Part shown: positions 12,032 to 36,416 of the stretch, one piece after another
How the letters are laid out: the number at the start of each line of letters is the position of its first letter
Numbering within the stretch: the first letter of the stretch is position 1
NCBI GenBank assembly: GCA_002269645.1
Contig: NIVC01000127.1
Location: 62,001-126,000, forward strand
From: Macrostomum lignano
Taxonomy: Eukaryota
DNA length: 64,000 bases
Direction of reading: 5' to 3'
The notes under the pieces: generated by a model
Told to the model about the DNA's origin: nothing
What the model saw: only the letters and a program-made list of their open reading frames with translations
The model's database searches: none
Program-made: the position numbers and the translations under genes

Positions 12032-12534
12032 TGTACCGCTCGGAGAGCAGCGACTCTGTCCTTGGCTACCGGCGCTACTTGAATGACAGCCAACATGACA
12101 GCAGCAAGGCCGCTCGCCAATCGACATCAACAAAGACTACTACTGCTACCACTAGTACTACCAAGACTGCCCACAATGGCGCCGCAGTGAACAATAGTAC
12201 AAGACGCCCCGCCGCTTCCACTCCGGAAATCTTTACGGCGGAAGAGTGGACTGTGTATGAGACCATACCAGCCGTGACTTCCGGTCAGCAACACCAGCAT
12301 CAGCAGTATCGGCAGCAGGAGCAGCAGAAGCAGCACCAGCAGCAGCAGCAGCAAAAGCAGACTAAACGAAGCGTTCGTTGGACTTCGGACGAGGCGAAAT
12401 CCACCGCTAGACGCAACACGCCCGACATTTATTCGAAAGAGGAGTGGACCGTGTACGAGACGGTTCCCATAGTGACAGAGTCTGGAAACCATCAGCAGCA
12501 ACGGCAGAGTCAGAGACAGCTGGTGCACCAGCAA

Positions 12535-12568
<34 letters not shown>

Positions 12569-13008
12569 GGCTGTACAGAAGTCCCAGCCAAGAGTCCGTG
12601 ATTGGCTACAAGCGTTACCTTGACGACCGTCAGCAAAAGTCCAAAGCGGTGGAGTACAGCAGCAGCAGCAGCAGCAAGCGGCAAACCTATCAGTACGACA
12701 ACGGCCAGTCGCGCCAGCAGCCACGGGTGTCCACCAGAAGCGCCGAAAACCGAGTTGGCACCCCGGTGCGTACAGAGGAGTGGACCGTTGTGCGCCGCGT
12801 GCCGGCCGACTCGGCTGAGCTGCTGCTCAGCGGGCAAGTCGACAGGGCCAGCTGGCGAACTGCTGAGGCCGCCCGGCAACGGCAGACAGCGGCGAGTCCG
12901 GCTGGGTATCGGCGGTACCTGCTGGCCGAGTCCAGCAACAGCCTGGCGTCCGCAGGGGACTTTGAGCACCGCGCTGTGCCTGGTGAGCACCAGTGGGGAT
13001 GGCGGTGA
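11302..13008 (+). CDS. Unrecognised Gln-rich modular protein with 5 EEWTV(Y/V) motifs and 3 GY(R/K)RYL motifs (about 568 aa)
   Basis: Open 1.7-kb non-tandem, GC-rich ORF starting at caacATGG (MAAARSQ). The peptide motifs recur with synonymous codon variation. It may instead splice at G|GTGAGC (about 12981) rather than use the TGA at 13008. Confidence 0.8.
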
Positions 13009-13039
13009 ATCTTGGAGGGGTTTGTGGTAGAGCTTCGGG

Positions 13040-15195
13040 TAGAGATTGGAGTAGAGACTGGAGTAGAGATTGGAGTAGAGATTTGAGTAGAGATTGGAGT
13101 AGAGACTGGAGTAAAGACTGGAGTAGAGATTGGAGTAGAGACTGGAGTAGAGATTGGAGTAGATATTGGAGTAGAGACTGGAGTAGAGCTTGGGGTAGAG
13201 ACTGGAGTAGAGACTGGAGTAGAGACTGGAGTAGAGACTGGAGTAGAGACTGGAGTAGAGACTGGAGTAGAGACTGGAGTAGAGACTGTAGTAGAGACTG
13301 GAGTAGAGCTTGGGGTAGAGACTGGAGTAGAGACTGGAGTAGAGACTGGAGTAGAGACTGGAGTAGAGATTTGAGTAGAGATTGGAGTAGAGACTGGAGT
13401 ATAGACTGGAGTAGAGACTGGAGTAGAGACTGGAGTAGAGATTTGAGTAGAGATTGGAGTAGAGACTGGAGTATAGACTGGAGTAGAGACTGGAGTAGAG
13501 ACTGGAGTAGAAACTGGAGTAGAGATTGGAGTAGAGACTGGAGTAGAGATTGGAGTAGAGCTTGGGGTAGAGACTGGAGTAGAGACTGGAGTAGAGACTG
13601 GAGTAGAGACTGGAGTAGAGACTGGAGTAGAGACTGGAGTAGAGACTGGAGTAAAGACTGTAGTAGAGACTGTAGTAGAGCTTGGGGTAGAGACTGGAGT
13701 AGAGACTGGAGTAGAGACTGGAGTAGAGCTTGGGGTAGAGACTGGAGTAGAGACTGGAGTAGAGACTGGAGTAGAGACTGGAGTAGAGACTGGAGTAGAG
13801 ACTGTAGTAGAGACTGTAGTAGAGCTTGGGGTAGAGACTGGAGTAAAGACTGGAGTAGAGACTGGAGTAGAGACTGGAGTAGAGACTGGAGTAGAGACTG
13901 TAGTAAAGACTGTAGTAGAGCTTGGGGTAGAGACTGGAGTAGAGACTGGAGTAGAGACTGGAGTAGAGCTTGGGGTAGAGACTGGAGTAGAGACTGGAGT
14001 AGAGACTGGAGTAGAGACTGGAGTAGAGACTGGAGTAGAGACTGTAGTAGAGACTGGAGTAGAGCTTGGGGTAGAGACTGGAGTAGAGACTGGAGTAGAG
14101 ACTGGAGTAGAGACTGGAGTAGAGACTGGAGTAGAGATTTGAGTAGAGACTGGAGTAGAGACTGGAGTAGAGATTTGAGTAGAGATTGGAGTAGAGACTG
14201 GAGTAGAGATTTGTGTAGAGACTGGAGTAGAGACTGGAGTATAGATTGGGGTAGAGACTGGAGTAGAGACTGTAGTAGAGATTGGAGTAGAGACTGGAGT
14301 AGAGATTGGGGTAGAGACTGGAGTAGAGACTGGAGTAGAGACTGGAGTAGAGCTTGGGGTAGAGACTGGAGTAGAGACTGGAGTAGAGACTGGAGTAGAG
14401 ACTGGAGTAGAGACTGGAGTAGAGACTGTAGTAGAGACTGTAGTAGAGCTTGGGGTAGAGACTGGAGTAGAGACTGGAGTAGAGACTGGAGTAGAGACTG
14501 TAGTAGAGACTGGAGTAGAGACTGTAGTAGAGACTGTAGTAGAGCTTGGGGTAGAGACTGGAGTAGAGACTGGAGTAGAGACTGGAGTAGAGACTGGAGT
14601 AGAGACTGGAGTAAAGACTGTAGTAGAGACTGTAGTAGAGCTTGGGTAGAGACTGGAGTAGAGACTGGAGTAGAGACTGGAGTAGAGACTGGAGTAGAGA
14701 CTGGAGTAGAGACTGTAGTAGAGACTGTAGTAGAGCTTGGGGTAGAGACTGGAGTAGAGACTGTAGTAGAGACTGGAGTAGAGACTGGAGTAGAGACTGG
14801 AGTAGAGACTGGAGTAGAGACTGGAGTAGAGCTTGGGGTAGAGACTGGAGTTGAGACTGGAGTAGAGACTGGAGTAGAGACTGGAGTAGAGACTGGAGTA
14901 GAGACTGTAGTAGAGACTGGAGTAGAGCTTGGGGTAGAGACTGGAGTAGAGACTGGAGTAGAGACTGGAGTAGAGACTGGAGTAGAGATTTGAGTAGAGA
15001 TTGGAGTAGAGACTGGAGTAGAGACTGGAGTAGAGACTGGAGTAGAGACTGGAGTAGAAACTGGAGTAGAGATTGGAGTAGAGACTGGAGTAGAGATTGG
15101 AGTAGAGACTGGAGTAGAGACTGGAGTAGAGACTGGAGTAGAGACTGGAGTAGAGACTGGAGTAGAGACTGGAGTAGAGACTGGAGTAGAGACTG
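13040..15195. repeat. 12-bp minisatellite (agagactggagt)n, about 180 copies, with recurring cttgggg and tgta variants
   Basis: Direct periodicity. Source of the RDWS/VETG/STPV ORFs. Confidence 0.98.
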
Positions 15196-15484
15196 AACGG
15201 AACCACCAAAGGTCTCTCTGGTCGACCCTTCATCGGATCGCTGGATGCAAAGCCTCTCATTGAATTCGCGTTTAAAAGTCTATAAACTCAAATAGAAGCC
15301 GAAAGATCGAATTTAAAAGTTTGTTTTAACTTATAAAATTTGCAGACTGGAGGCGGGCCGGGTCTGATCGAAGCGGTCTGACAGAGAGCGAAAACCCCTT
15401 CCACACCGGCTACCATATCGCTCGGGACAACCCGATTTACAGCGGGATTTAAACTGAGGCAAGGGGCGGTTGACTGGCTGCTTG

Positions 15485-16410
15485 ATGGATTGGTTGATTG
15501 ATTAAGGATTGATTGATTGATTGATTGACTGATTAATTGATTGATTGATTGATTAGTTGACTGATTGATCGATTGATTCATTGATTCATTGATTTATCGG
15601 TTGCATGATTGATTGATTGCTTGATTGATTGATTGATTGATTGATTTTTTGGTTGATTAATTGATCAATTATCTGTTAATTGATTGATTCGTTGATAATT
15701 TAAATGATTGATTGATTGACTGTTGATCGATTGATTGATTGACTACTTGATTGATTGACTGATTGATTTATCAGTTGCTTGATTGATTGATTAGTTCATC
15801 GGTTGATTGATTGATTGATTAATTAATTAATTCATCGGTTGATTGATTGATTGATTAATTCATCGATCGATTGATTAGTTGATTAGTTCATCGGTTAATT
15901 GATTGATTGATTAGTTCATGTTTGATTGATTGATTTATTAGTTCATCGGTTGATTGATTGATTTATTAGTTCATCGGTTGATTGATTGATTGATTGATTC
16001 ATCGATCGATTGATTGCATTTATTAGTTCATCGGTTGATTGATTGATTGATTGATTCATCGATCGATTGATTGATTTATTAGTTCATCGGTTGATTGATT
16101 GATTGATTGATTCATCGATCGATTGATTGGTTGATTAGTTCATCGGTTGATTGATTGATTGATTAGTTCATCGGTTGATTGATTAATTGATTAATTCATC
16201 GGTTGATTGATTGATTGATTGATTGATTGATTAATTAATCGATCGATTGATTGGTTAATTAGTTCATCGGTTGATTGATTGATTGATTAATTCATCGGTT
16301 GATTGATTGATTGATTATTTCATCGATCGATTGATTGATTGAATTATTCATCGATCGATTGATTAGTTGATTAGTTCATCGGTTGATTGATTGATTGATT
16401 AATTCATCGG

Positions 16411-16448
<38 letters not shown>

Positions 16449-16645
16449 AATTAATCGATCGATTGATTGGTTAATTAGTTCATCGGTTGATTGATTGATT
16501 TATTAGTTCATCGGTTGATTGATTGATTTATTAGTTCATCGGTTGATTGATTGATTGATTGATTCATCGCTTGATTGATTGGTTGATTAGTTCATCGGTT
16601 GATTGATTGATTGATTAGTTCATCGGTTGATTGATTGGTTGGTTG
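15485..16645. repeat. Compound (GATT)n microsatellite with interspersed agttcatcggtt/catcgatcg spacers
   Basis: Direct reading. Confidence 0.95.
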
Positions 16646-17214
16646 CTTTTTTAAATGACTTTTTTAAATGATTGAATTTTCGATCGAATAAATTTTTATT
16701 ACTCTTCGCATGAAGCATAGTATAGCCTAGCAGTAGTCAATCAGGGTTGTCAATCACCCTCCCCCCACCGCCCCAGACTCCAAGCTGGACATACCCGACT
16801 ACTATTTCTATTCGTATGAGAACGGCAACAAGATGGAGAAGCTCAGGCAGCTGTGCTCACCCACCAGCGAGCGGCGGAACTCGCGAAACGGCCAGCCGCT
16901 TGAGAAATTGAACGAATCAACTCGGCTTTGAGTCTTGGCGGCTTCAAAACAAAAATTATTTATGCCATTGCAGATAGTACAGCGGTAGCCTACTTAATAT
17001 ATTTATTGCGCCTAATTGCGTTACCTGTTGGTGCCCAATAAAGCAAAAATTTAATTTCTTATAAAAGGATTACTTCGTAGTTTCAAGCTCTCTAGCAAAT
17101 TAGTTTTATTGATTTTCTGTAAAAATAATGAAATTCTCGCTGGGGGGTGGACAATGCATGCGACTTGAAAACTCGATCAGTTGTCACCTCAGCCATCAAT
17201 CAGGGTTGGTCACA

Positions 17215-28730
<11,516 letters not shown>

Positions 28731-29617
28731 GATTTGGCTTTCAACTGCTGCACATTTCCTGGCGGGGCGCCACCGCTCTTATAAAGCGAGCTCCGACCCA
28801 AAACCGAATTATCCGTGCGGCCCACCCCTCACCCCAAGGCAGGCCCTTCCCATCGCCATTCGCGGCAGTTGGATAATTTATTCCCCAAGCTCCCCCACCG
28901 GCTCTCGGGGATTTAAAGGGCCTGGAGGCGGAGGTCGGGGATTTTAGGTTGGGAGATTTTGTAATCCTATTCGAAGTCCTCCTCTGCTAGCGACAGGCCC
29001 TTTTCGGGTGCCAGCTGTGAAACACGGCAGCGGTCTGTTGGCAGCTGCTGTATTGGTGAATTCGCACAAGCACTGTTACTGCAGTCCCCCCGAAAAAGGC
29101 CACCGCACGAAAGTCAGCCGTCAGCACCTCCCGCAGTCCCAGATCCCCCGCCTTACTACACTTTATCGCTCCTGTCCCTGTGTTGCATTTTCACCTTGGG
29201 TTTCAGTTGACTTCAGCTTTCCGCGCAGCGACAACAGAAGACACCCCGGAGACTCTTCCGGATCCACCGTGGCCCCGGGGGCTGGGGAAGGCAGCTGACA
29301 CTGTGGGCTGCATGCTAACGGAGGCGGACCAAGGGAATTCCAGCACCGCGGAGCCCCAAATAGAGTGCGAATGTGACAAGTGCTGTCCTCGTCTGTTCTG
29401 GAAAATTCGGTTACGGATCTGCTTGGTTTAGGACGCGATTATCCCATTCTCACCTGCCAGTTGTCTGCTTGGCAACTGCCGGGAGTGGGATTAAAGCAGT
29501 GTGGGAATCTTAAAACTGAGTATTGAAGCTATCGGTCCCATCACTGTGCTGGGAGCCCCATCTGCCTGTCTCTCATTTTCTCTCCCATTCTGCATTGACT
29601 GTCTGTTACTCACTGAT

Positions 29618-30330
<713 letters not shown>

Positions 30331-30699
30331 GTATTTCCTGGAGTCTAAGTCTCGCATGTTGGTGCCAGCAAAGCGGTCTCCATGCCCGTGCCTGACCCAA
30401 ATCAAGGACTCGACAATGATGGATACTCGCTATCGCCCCTCATCTCCAGCATTCGCCTCTCTGCTCGCTTTTGCCTCATAAATTAGTTTCCCGAGCATAA
30501 AAGACTGGGATTGGGAATCCAGAGTCTCTCCATCGTGCCTTGCTCAGCCTGTTCCTAACCTGTTTGCTCCAACACGCCCCCTGTCGGAGTGAGCGGCCCT
30601 CCAACACCAGCGCACTAATTGAATGGCCAAATGCACTGGGCGGCTCCAAGTCCGATCTGGCGGGATCTTTGCATAGTGCAATTAGTCATGTGTGTGATC

Positions 30700-30980
30700 T
30701 CCCTCTCCTTATCTCCCTCTTTCCCCCCCTCTCCCTGTCTCCCATCTCTCCCTCTCCCTCTCCCTGTCTCCCCCCTCTCCCTGTCTCCCATCTCTCCCTC
30801 CCCCTCTCCCTGTCTCCCATCTCTCCCTCTCCCTCTCCCTGTCTTCCCCCTCTCACTCTCCGGGTATCCCTTGCACTCTCCCTCTCTCCCCCTCTCCTTA
30901 TCTCCCTCGTCATCCCGCACTCCCTCTCCCTCTCTCCCTCTTCCTCTCCCTCTCCCACTCCCTCTCCCTGTCTCTCCCCA
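30700..30980. repeat. CT-rich degenerate repeat
   Basis: Direct reading. Confidence 0.8.
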
Positions 30981-31384
30981 CTCCTTTGCCTATATAGTTT
31001 ATAATCACCGAAAGCAGCCCAGAACACAGCAGATTATCCAGCCCCCCCATTTACTCTATATTGTTATAATAAAACAAAATCCACCCCAGCTGCCTGATCA
31101 AGAGATGAAGAAAGTGGATTCCACACATTCTCCTTTTACCGACCGCTATCTGGCAGCCCTGGGAGACCTGGCAGCGCTCAGCTATGGCTCGAAACTCGTA
31201 CTTCCCAGTTGCACTTTTTCTCTTGGTCAAATCAATTCACTTTCTTTGCGGCAATTTTTGGGACGACAACTCAGAAAAGAACGTATAAAGTGAACAGCGG
31301 CGTTCGGGAATGAGAAGATAAAGGAGAAATAAATGCGATAAAACGGAGCCTCAAGATGTGCAGGATGGAGATTTTATAAGCGCC

Positions 31385-31925
31385 AACTTGGAGATTCAGT
31401 AAGCGGTAAGCAGGAACCTTAGTGAGCTTTAAATTGTATCTTCACCAAGCGTAAGATAGAAAAATAGGAAAATTAAGCGCCAAATTGGTACCCCAGTAAG
31501 CGCCATAAAGAAGCCTCAGTAAGCGTTAGGTAGCAACATCAGTAAGTGCCAAAAAGAAATCTCAGTAAGCACCTAATAGGAGCTTCAGTAAGCACCAAAT
31601 AGGAACCTTAGTAAGCGCAAAAAAGCCTCAGCACCAAAATAAACTTTAGTAAGCGCCAAGTAGCAACATCAGTAAGCGCCAAAAAGAAGCCTCAGTAAGC
31701 GTCAAGCAGCAGTAAGCGCCAAAAAGAAGCCCCAGTAAGCGCCAAAATAAACTTTAGTAAGCGCCAAGTAGCAACATCAGTAAACGCCAAACATGAACCT
31801 CAGTAAGCTCCTAATAGGAGCCTCTGTAAGCGCCTAATAGGAACCTCAGTAAGCGCCAAAAGAAGCCCCAGTAAGCACCAGAAAGGAACTTCAGTAAGCG
31901 CCAAATAGGAGCTTCAATAAGCGCA
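31385..31925. repeat. Old, degenerate about 21-bp minisatellite (core cagtaagcgccaaa)
   Basis: The core recurs more than 20 times with variable spacers. Confidence 0.85.
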
Positions 31926-32387
31926 AAAATAAGGTGAATGAGGTAGGCTGTACCTAGAAATCAGTTGAAATGTCTTATTTCGAAGGAAAGAGGAGGGTGG
32001 CTGGATGGTGGGACACTGCAGAGAGTCGAGTTCGCAACCAGCTGCTTATTTTGCGCTGACGGACAGCATCAGTGAATTCCCAATGCGCACCCAATGCCTT
32101 CCTCTGTCAGTTATCTGGATACATGATTCTAATAATACAGATTGAATGCCGCAGTGTATAATTCATGGAGGCAATGAATGAAGGTTAGGGTTAAAGATAT
32201 GCTTATTACATTTCTTAACACAATGCTTTGCAGCTATACCTGCCGCTGTTTCTCTCATTTCCCAGCTTGAGTTTCTGCCTGTCCCAGTGCTCTCCTTAGT
32301 CCTCCTTAGCCCTGAGCTGATCTGAGAAAGTCTCGGGGAGAAAAATGGACTTTGCTCTTAGGGAGTTAGACAACATCATTGACTAAT

Positions 32388-32525
32388 CAGTTTCCCCTCC
32401 CTGAAGGATCGGAGGGAGGGGCAGTTTCCCCTCCCTGAAGGACCGGAGGGAGGGGCAGTTTCCCTCCCTGAAGGATCGGACGGAGGGGCAGTTTCCCTCC
32501 CTGAAGGATCGGAGGGAGGGGCAGC
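32388..32525. repeat. 33/34-bp repeat, 4 copies, each unit self-complementary
   Basis: cagtttcccctccctgaaggatcggagggagggg, with a 9-bp stem cccctccct/agggagggg. Confidence 0.9.
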
Positions 32526-32606
32526 AGCAGAGTTTGCCCTTGGCAATTCTTGTAGCTCCCGTTTTTAATGCGGGATTGCGGGTCATGTGAGAAAGCCATC
32601 AATCAC

Positions 32607-35252
32607 CTGCGTCTTCACTGACGCCAGTCGGTTGGTACCTCCGCTGCCGCCTCCGCCGGCGCCCTCCTCCAACTGCCCGCTTCTTCCATCCTCATCGCCT
32701 CGGCCTTGCTGCTGCTGCCACTCTAATACTCTGTCGTACAGGCTGTTGCCCAAATTTCTGAAAGCCAATAACGAGTGCATGTCAGTGCAGACAGTGTGGG
32801 TTTTATTTGATGACCCTGCTTCCAACCTCCCCTCTCTCCGCCCCCTGACCTCCGCTCTCTCCGCCCCCTGACCTCCGCTCTCTCCGCCCCCTGACCCCCG
32901 CTCTCTCCGCCCCCTGACCTCCGCTCTCTCCGCCCCCTGACCTCCGCTCTCTCCGCCCCCTGACCTCCGCTTTCTCCGCCCCCTGACCTCCGCTCTCTCC
33001 GCCCCCTGACCTCCGCTCTCTCCGCCCCTGACCTCCGCTCTCTCCGCCCTCTGACCTCCGCTCTCTCCGCCCCCTGACCTCCGCTCTCTCCGCCCCTGAC
33101 CTCCGCTCTCTCCGCCCCCTGACCTCCGCTCTCTCCGCCCCTGACCTCCGCTCTCTCCGCCCCCTGACCTCCGCTCTCTCCGCCCCCTGACCTCTTTGCC
33201 TCCTGCTGTGTCTGCCTTCCGACACCCGCTTCCAACTACAGAAAAATAGATTAAATAAAATGAATTAAAATGCCTCGATGCAGACTTACGTGCTACGAAT
33301 GAGCTCCGTGGCCAAGTATTGAATGATTGACATGCCCGCTGCTTACCTGCAGTTTGCATGGAACTTATCTTTTAAAATACACCTGAAAAACTGTTCTACA
33401 CCTAAGAAAAACTGTTTGCAAGCAGGGCAGTCTGCTCAGAAATAGTTGCTGCATATGGGGGTTAAATTGCGAGAGTAAATATATATATCTTTATCCCTAA
33501 GAGCGATCAGATAAGTTATATCGAGTATAGGAGAGCTGAGCACACGAGTGTCCACAACCGTGATCGAGTCTGCTGGTTGGCCAAGCCCCCAAGCACTTGA
33601 GAGCAGACAGCCAAGTCACCCACAGTCAGTCACTGTGAATGACAGTAGCAAATTGCACGTGCAGTTGATCCTTCTGGGCATGACACCATAGCACTGAACA
33701 TCAAGTTGGATTGGAACTGTAACACGCGTAATCTGGTGCTATTTTACCCCAAACTTGCATGTATCGAGAGTCCCTAACTTAATACTACATGTACCTAAAC
33801 TTTGAGTTCTATAGTTACATATGTATTGTCTGAACTTTTAGTTATAATAGAAAACTGCCATGTACACCACGTATTTTACCGAAACTTGAGTCCCACTCAG
33901 CTCTCTGCTCTCTCCGCCTTTCGACCTCCGCTCTCTCCCTATCCGACCTCCACTATCTCCCTATCCGACCTCCACTATCTCCCTATCCGACCTCCACTAT
34001 CTCCCTATCCGACCTCCACTATCTCCCTATCCGACCTCCACTATCTCCCTATCCGACCTCCACTATCTTCCTATCCGACCTCCACTATCTCCCTATCCGA
34101 CCTCCACTATCTCCCTATCCGACCTCCACTCCCTATCCGACCTCCACTATCTCCCTATCCGACCTCCACTATCTCCCTCTCCAACCTCCACTATCTCCCT
34201 ATCCGACCTCCGCTCTCTCCCCCTCCGGCCGACCTCCGCTCTCTCCCTCTCCAACCTCCACTATCTCCCTATCCGACCTCCGCTCTCTCCCTATCCGACC
34301 TCCGCTCTCTCCCCCTCCGGCCGACCTCCGCTCTCTCCCTCTCCAACCTCCACTATCTCCCTATCCGACCGATCCACTCTCTCCAACCCTCCGACATCCG
34401 CGCTGTATCCATACTTCATACAGTCAGGTTGTACCTGAGAAGAGTATTAATTATTAATACGCTTGTACTAATCTGAACTTCAAGTGCTACGTTATGTACG
34501 AGCATATGTATTTTAATTTTATTTACTCAAAGCAAAATCGAACCCATATTCTTCCAATCATGTCACAAAAATGTTTTACGTGTACATGTACTAAGCTGCA
34601 TACCAGCTTATCCCATTAGATTTAGATCTTGTCAGTTACAAACTAATCAATCAATGGCAGAGTAACCCAGCGGTAGGTATACTAGAGCACAAGTATTGTA
34701 CATATATATAACATTACATGTACTTTGAAGCCGCAAAATGGACCAGACTTACATGTATAGTGTAATTGACGCTCATCATGAGAGGCCCAACCCCAAAGGC
34801 ACAACACAGAGTTACCATGTGTGAGCGTGTGGGTTCTCAAGAATCAGCGAGATGGGCCTGACTGCTTGCCTCACCAGTGGCTGCGGGTGAATTATCGCCT
34901 TTAATCTTTGCCAACTACATGTATAACTACTTATAATCAGTGAGCTCTGGGCCCCAAAAAAGAAGCAAGCCAGCAAGCCAAAACAGGAAAACCTGTGCCA
35001 TTGTTTGTGTGAATAATTTGCTAGGTAAAAAACGGAGCATTAACAAATTTGAAACTGAGCAATTTCTGCTTTCAGGCCTGGTTGGCTGGCCAACTCTCAG
35101 TGTATTTATTAATAACTAGCACCTGCTGGGGAAGAACGGCAATTGAATAACAGTGATTATCAGAACAGCTGGACAGGTGAGAAAAATCAAACAGAATGGC
35201 CACGCGGATTGCGGAAGCAGATCGGATTTGTTGATGCAGGAACAATGGGAAA
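32607..35252 (-). CDS. Putative multi-exon gene of unknown function (partial model)
   Basis: Best-supported exons: 33382-33347 (CILKDKFHANC, donor AG|GTAAGC) and 32757-32607 (NLGNSLYDRVLEW...ASVKTQ|GTGATT). Further phase-compatible candidates at 35252-35123 and 34880-34816. No homology recognised. Confidence 0.3.
32825..33192. repeat. 23-bp minisatellite (ctgacctccgctctctccgcccc)n, about 16 copies
   Basis: Direct periodicity. Confidence 0.96.
33905..34372. repeat. 22-bp minisatellite (ccgacctccactatctccctat)n
   Basis: Direct periodicity. Edge units resemble the 23-bp array. Confidence 0.95.
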
Positions 35253-36416
35253 CTGCAGAGTGATGGAGAGGGGCTTAATAGCTAATTGTGTGCCACTTTT
35301 TATTAGTCTCAAAATTTTTGTACATAAAAAGGTGAGCAATAGTAATAATAACAATAATAAATAGTAAAAACAGAAAAACGGTATGATTTTTATACACAAA
35401 CTCAACAGAAATTGCTGGCCACCAAATTATGAAGAAGAACAATAATATTGATAAACGGCCTGCAATTCATAATGCACAACACGGATATGCTATAATACGA
35501 AACCGAACGAGAGGCAGGCGGGCAAGAGAAGTATTTTGTTAAAAAATAAATATTTTATTATGTAAAATGAGCGGGGCTGCGACGCATCAGAAATTGCTAC
35601 AATTACAGCTAGAATTTAGAGCAGTTATTACAGATTAATTCCAGATTAAAAGCAAAAATAAACGCGGCCGCGCATACTACTAACTATACTACTACTAGCG
35701 GAAATCAGTAGTGACAATGGAATTTGAATGCGGAGAAACAAAAAAACAGAAAAATGAAATAAACTGAAAAAAACCGAAACTGCCTGTGGCTTCTTTGCTT
35801 CAAACGAAAACGTTAGGAGACACAACAAAAAAGCGAAGGCCAAAAAAGCAGCGCCAAAATTGGACAATGCATCCCTGCAGAAGCAGACGAATGGGGAAGA
35901 GGGAGCAGCGACAGGATAGGGAGCGGAATTAGCTGCTTTCAAGAAGAATTGAGCCCAAACAACATATTTGCCACTGTGACGAGTTACAGGTGTCAATTTA
36001 ACAATTTAACAAATAGAAAAAAAGGATAGGCCATGAAAATGCCAGAAAACACACTAGATAATAGAGTTAAATATAAGCTTGAATGCAGAAGAACAAAAAT
36101 TTGAGAGCAGATTTCAAGCTGAAACAAATTCTTTGTCTAATTTATGAATGAAATTATCGACTAAATTGAATTAGCTAAAATCAATAATTATTAATATTCA
36201 TTGGCGCAGCACTTTAATAGAAGGCTATATGGAGTGAAAACGGTCTGGCTTTAATATAATATAGTGAGACAGGTGAGATGCGTGCTATTATCAGTTTATT
36301 GCCAATAATTATTATTTTCTGTTCTTTTCCAAACACACAAAAAACTCGCTTGCTCTACTAACAGTAGGCTAAATGTACCAGGTATATAAAAGTGTTTCAA
36401 CATGCTCGATTTGATT

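Noticed and set aside
12690-15260. 856-aa STPV-repeat and 666-aa RDWS-repeat ORFs
   Set aside because: A 12-bp array open in multiple frames on both strands, with no sign of protein-level constraint.
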